A stretch of 32,000 nucleotides of DNA, taken from the NCBI RefSeq assembly GCF_000341395.1, contig NC_020304.1, positions 570,001 to 602,000 on the forward strand, written 5' to 3'. Source of the DNA: Desulfocapsa sulfexigens DSM 10523. GTDB taxonomy: Bacteria; Desulfobacterota; Desulfobulbia; Desulfobulbales; Desulfocapsaceae. The notes below the pieces were generated by a model, which searched no databases, was not told the origin of the DNA, and saw only the letters and a list, made by a program, of their open reading frames with translations. This document shows positions 30,220-32,000 of this stretch, one piece after another (position 1 is the stretch's first letter; each line of letters opens with the position of its first letter). Made by a program: the position numbers and the translations under genes.

Positions 30220-30831
30220 TTACAGAAAAGGGGTGACATCCCCCTTACCCTCCCTGAGAACCACTGGATCGTCTCCCGTAAGGTCTATAAGAGAAGAAGG
30301 ATCAGAAAAGACTTCACCACCATCAATAACCAGGTCCAGCAGTTTTCCATACAAACATTCGATATCATATGGATCCGAGGCAACAGTATCATCCTCATCA
30401 GCGGGAAGCGAAGTGTTGATAATCGGATTCCCCAGGGTTTCAAGAAGCATCTGACAAATTGGATTCTCCGGCACTCTGATACCAACGGTTTTCTGCTTTG
30501 TGGACATGGCCTTTGGAACCAGTTTTGTTCCTGGAAGGACAAATGTATATGGACCCGGAAGATTTCGTTTCAGAAGCCGATAGGCGATGTTGGAAACATG
30601 GGCATAGTTGCTGATATTTGTAAGATCTGAACACATAAAGGAAAAAGGCTTCCCCTTTGGTCTGCGTTTTATCTGCTCAATTCTTTTTACTGCCTTCTGA
30701 CAGGAGAAATCGCAGCCAATTCCATAACCCGTATCCGTGGGATAACAGATAATATCTCCACGCTTCAGGCCATCGACGACCTGTTGTATTAATCTTTGCT
30801 GGGGGTTATGTGGGTTTATTGCAAGCAGCAT
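30220..30831 (-). CDS. Sua5/YciO/YrdC family protein (L-threonylcarbamoyladenylate synthase-like)
   Basis: GLKRGDIICYPTDTGYGIGCDF; KRIEQIKRRPKGKPFSFMCSDL; GPYTFVLPGTKLVPK. Confidence 0.93.
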   Translation of the reverse strand: MLLAINPHNPQQRLIQQVVDGLKRGDIICYPTDTGYGIGCDFSCQKAVKRIEQIKRRPKGKPFSFMCSDLTNISNYAHVSNIAYRLLKRNLPGPYTFVLPGTKLVPKAMSTKQKTVGIRVPENPICQMLLETLGNPIINTSLPADEDDTVASDPYDIECLYGKLLDLVIDGGEVFSDPSSLIDLTGDDPVVLREGKGDVTPFL

Positions 30832-30908
30832 GAATATTTTCCTCTATTCTGGTTTGACTTACCTCTAGTAGAGCACATATAGCTATGGAAGGCAAAACCT
30901 AATAGTAT

Positions 30909-30936
30909 TTGATCTTTTCCGGTTCAATGCTAAAAT
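30909..30936 (+). promoter_or_regulatory. putative sigma70 promoter upstream of guaB
   Basis: TTGATC (30909-30914), 16-nt spacer, TAAAAT (30931-30936). Confidence 0.5.
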
Positions 30937-31137
30937 AGTCCCAGCATCTGTGATAACGGTAAACTGGTGCTCCGGGCAGTCACCCTATTAAAGGATGGGA
31001 ATTTTATACAAAAAGAAAACTATCTCAAGATATGAATCCCGTACCTGCTCCACAAACCGTATCGGATAGAATACGATTTATTTTTATCCTCTATTTCGTC
31101 CTATTTTTTTAATTTGAATTTTGACTTAGGAGCTCTC

Positions 31138-32000
31138 ATGTTATCTGATAATATAGAAACCGCACTCACCTTTGACGACCTGCTTCTCTGTCCTCAAGCC
31201 TCACAGGTTCTTCCCAACGAAGTCTCTCTTGCCACCAGCCTTACTCAGTCCATCAAGCTGAACGCTCCACTGATCAGTGCTGCAATGGACTCGGTCACCG
31301 AGCACCGTACGGCCATTGCCATGGCCCGTGAAGGCGGTCTGGGTATCATTCATAAAAACATGACAATTGATGAACAGGCCATAGAAGTCGAACGGGTCAA
31401 GAAATCAGAATCTGGAATGATAGTTGATCCGATCACCGTAAAGGAAACCCATTCCGTGGGTGAAGTGGAACAAATCATGGCCAAGTACAAGATCTCCGGC
31501 CTTCCAGTGCTCCGGGACGGGAAGCTGGTGGGAATCGTCACCAACCGTGATCTGCGCTTCGTTTCAGACAATGGACTACGCGTGGGCGATGTAATGACTT
31601 CCAAAAATCTGGTTACTGCAAAAGTTGGCATTGATCTTGAGCATTCAAAAGCCCTGCTCCATGAACACCGTATCGAGAAACTTCTCGTTGTCGATGATAA
31701 CGGTAAGCTCAGCGGTTTGATCACCATTAAAGATTTGGAAAAAATAAAAAAATATCCACTCGCCGCCAAGGATGGTATGGGCAGGCTTCTTGTTGGAGCA
31801 GCACTTGGGGTTGGCAGTGACATCGAGGCCAATGCTCAGAGACTGATCGATGTTGGTGTTGATGTGGTGGTCGTAGACTCAGCACATGGTCATTCCCAGG
31901 GTGTACTGGATGCGGTGGCGAAGATTCGGGGTACCTTTCCCAATCTGCAGATCATTGCCGGAAACGTTGCCACCGCGGAGGGTACGGTAGCACTAATCAA
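31138..32000 (+). CDS. guaB: IMP dehydrogenase, partial (runs off the window end)
   Basis: Translation from ATG 31138, preceded by AGGAG: MLSDNIETALTFDDLLLCPQASQVLPNEV...CBS pair...DVVVVDSAHGHSQGVLDAV; no stop before 32000. Confidence 0.97.
   Translation, partial: MLSDNIETALTFDDLLLCPQASQVLPNEVSLATSLTQSIKLNAPLISAAMDSVTEHRTAIAMAREGGLGIIHKNMTIDEQAIEVERVKKSESGMIVDPITVKETHSVGEVEQIMAKYKISGLPVLRDGKLVGIVTNRDLRFVSDNGLRVGDVMTSKNLVTAKVGIDLEHSKALLHEHRIEKLLVVDDNGKLSGLITIKDLEKIKKYPLAAKDGMGRLLVGAALGVGSDIEANAQRLIDVGVDVVVVDSAHGHSQGVLDAVAKIRGTFPNLQIIAGNVATAEGTVALI

Noticed and set aside
1-32000. CRISPR arrays, toxin-antitoxin pairs, phage/integrase genes, restriction or retron-like systems
   Set aside because: Looked for; no direct-repeat/spacer pattern and no recognisable mobile or defence protein among the ORFs. 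The window is predominantly housekeeping.

Overview
This window is mostly an ordinary chromosomal segment. Protein content (PPK2, S1, IlvD, a YedF-like protein, a NifM-like parvulin, FapA/DUF342, a rubrerythrin-like protein) suggests a Desulfobulbaceae-like deltaproteobacterium (Desulfobacterota); this taxonomic call is inference only. About 28 coding regions are supportable. Minus strand: rmuC, ExeA-like ATPase, orf122, clpA, clpS, holA, large exported protein, DUF255 protein, spermidine-synthase-like protein, CCG-type Fe-S protein, yedF-like gene, membrane-anchored coiled-coil protein, ilvD, Sua5/YrdC-like gene. Plus strand: EamA transporter, degenerate rubrerythrin-like protein, ppk2, PilZ protein, nifM-like gene, fapA-like gene, two CBS-domain proteins, PilT-like ATPase, zinc-ribbon protein, rpsA, HU/IHF, partial guaB. 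I saw no CRISPR array, tRNA/rRNA, intact transposon, phage or recognisable defence system. Best second-look items: (1) an 812-aa exported protein cotranscribed with holA whose C-terminus carries a clan-CD (caspase/gingipain-like) His...Cys motif pair; (2) a perfect 17-bp inverted repeat with a 4-nt loop between divergent genes, followed by an apparent short promoter-to-terminator unit ahead of a PilZ gene; (3) a NifM-like parvulin with no nif genes nearby, coupled to fapA; (4) a rubrerythrin homologue lacking several diiron ligands; (5) a repeat remnant directly abutting the spermidine-synthase-like start codon; (6) a tight CCG Fe-S / YedF-like gene pair.
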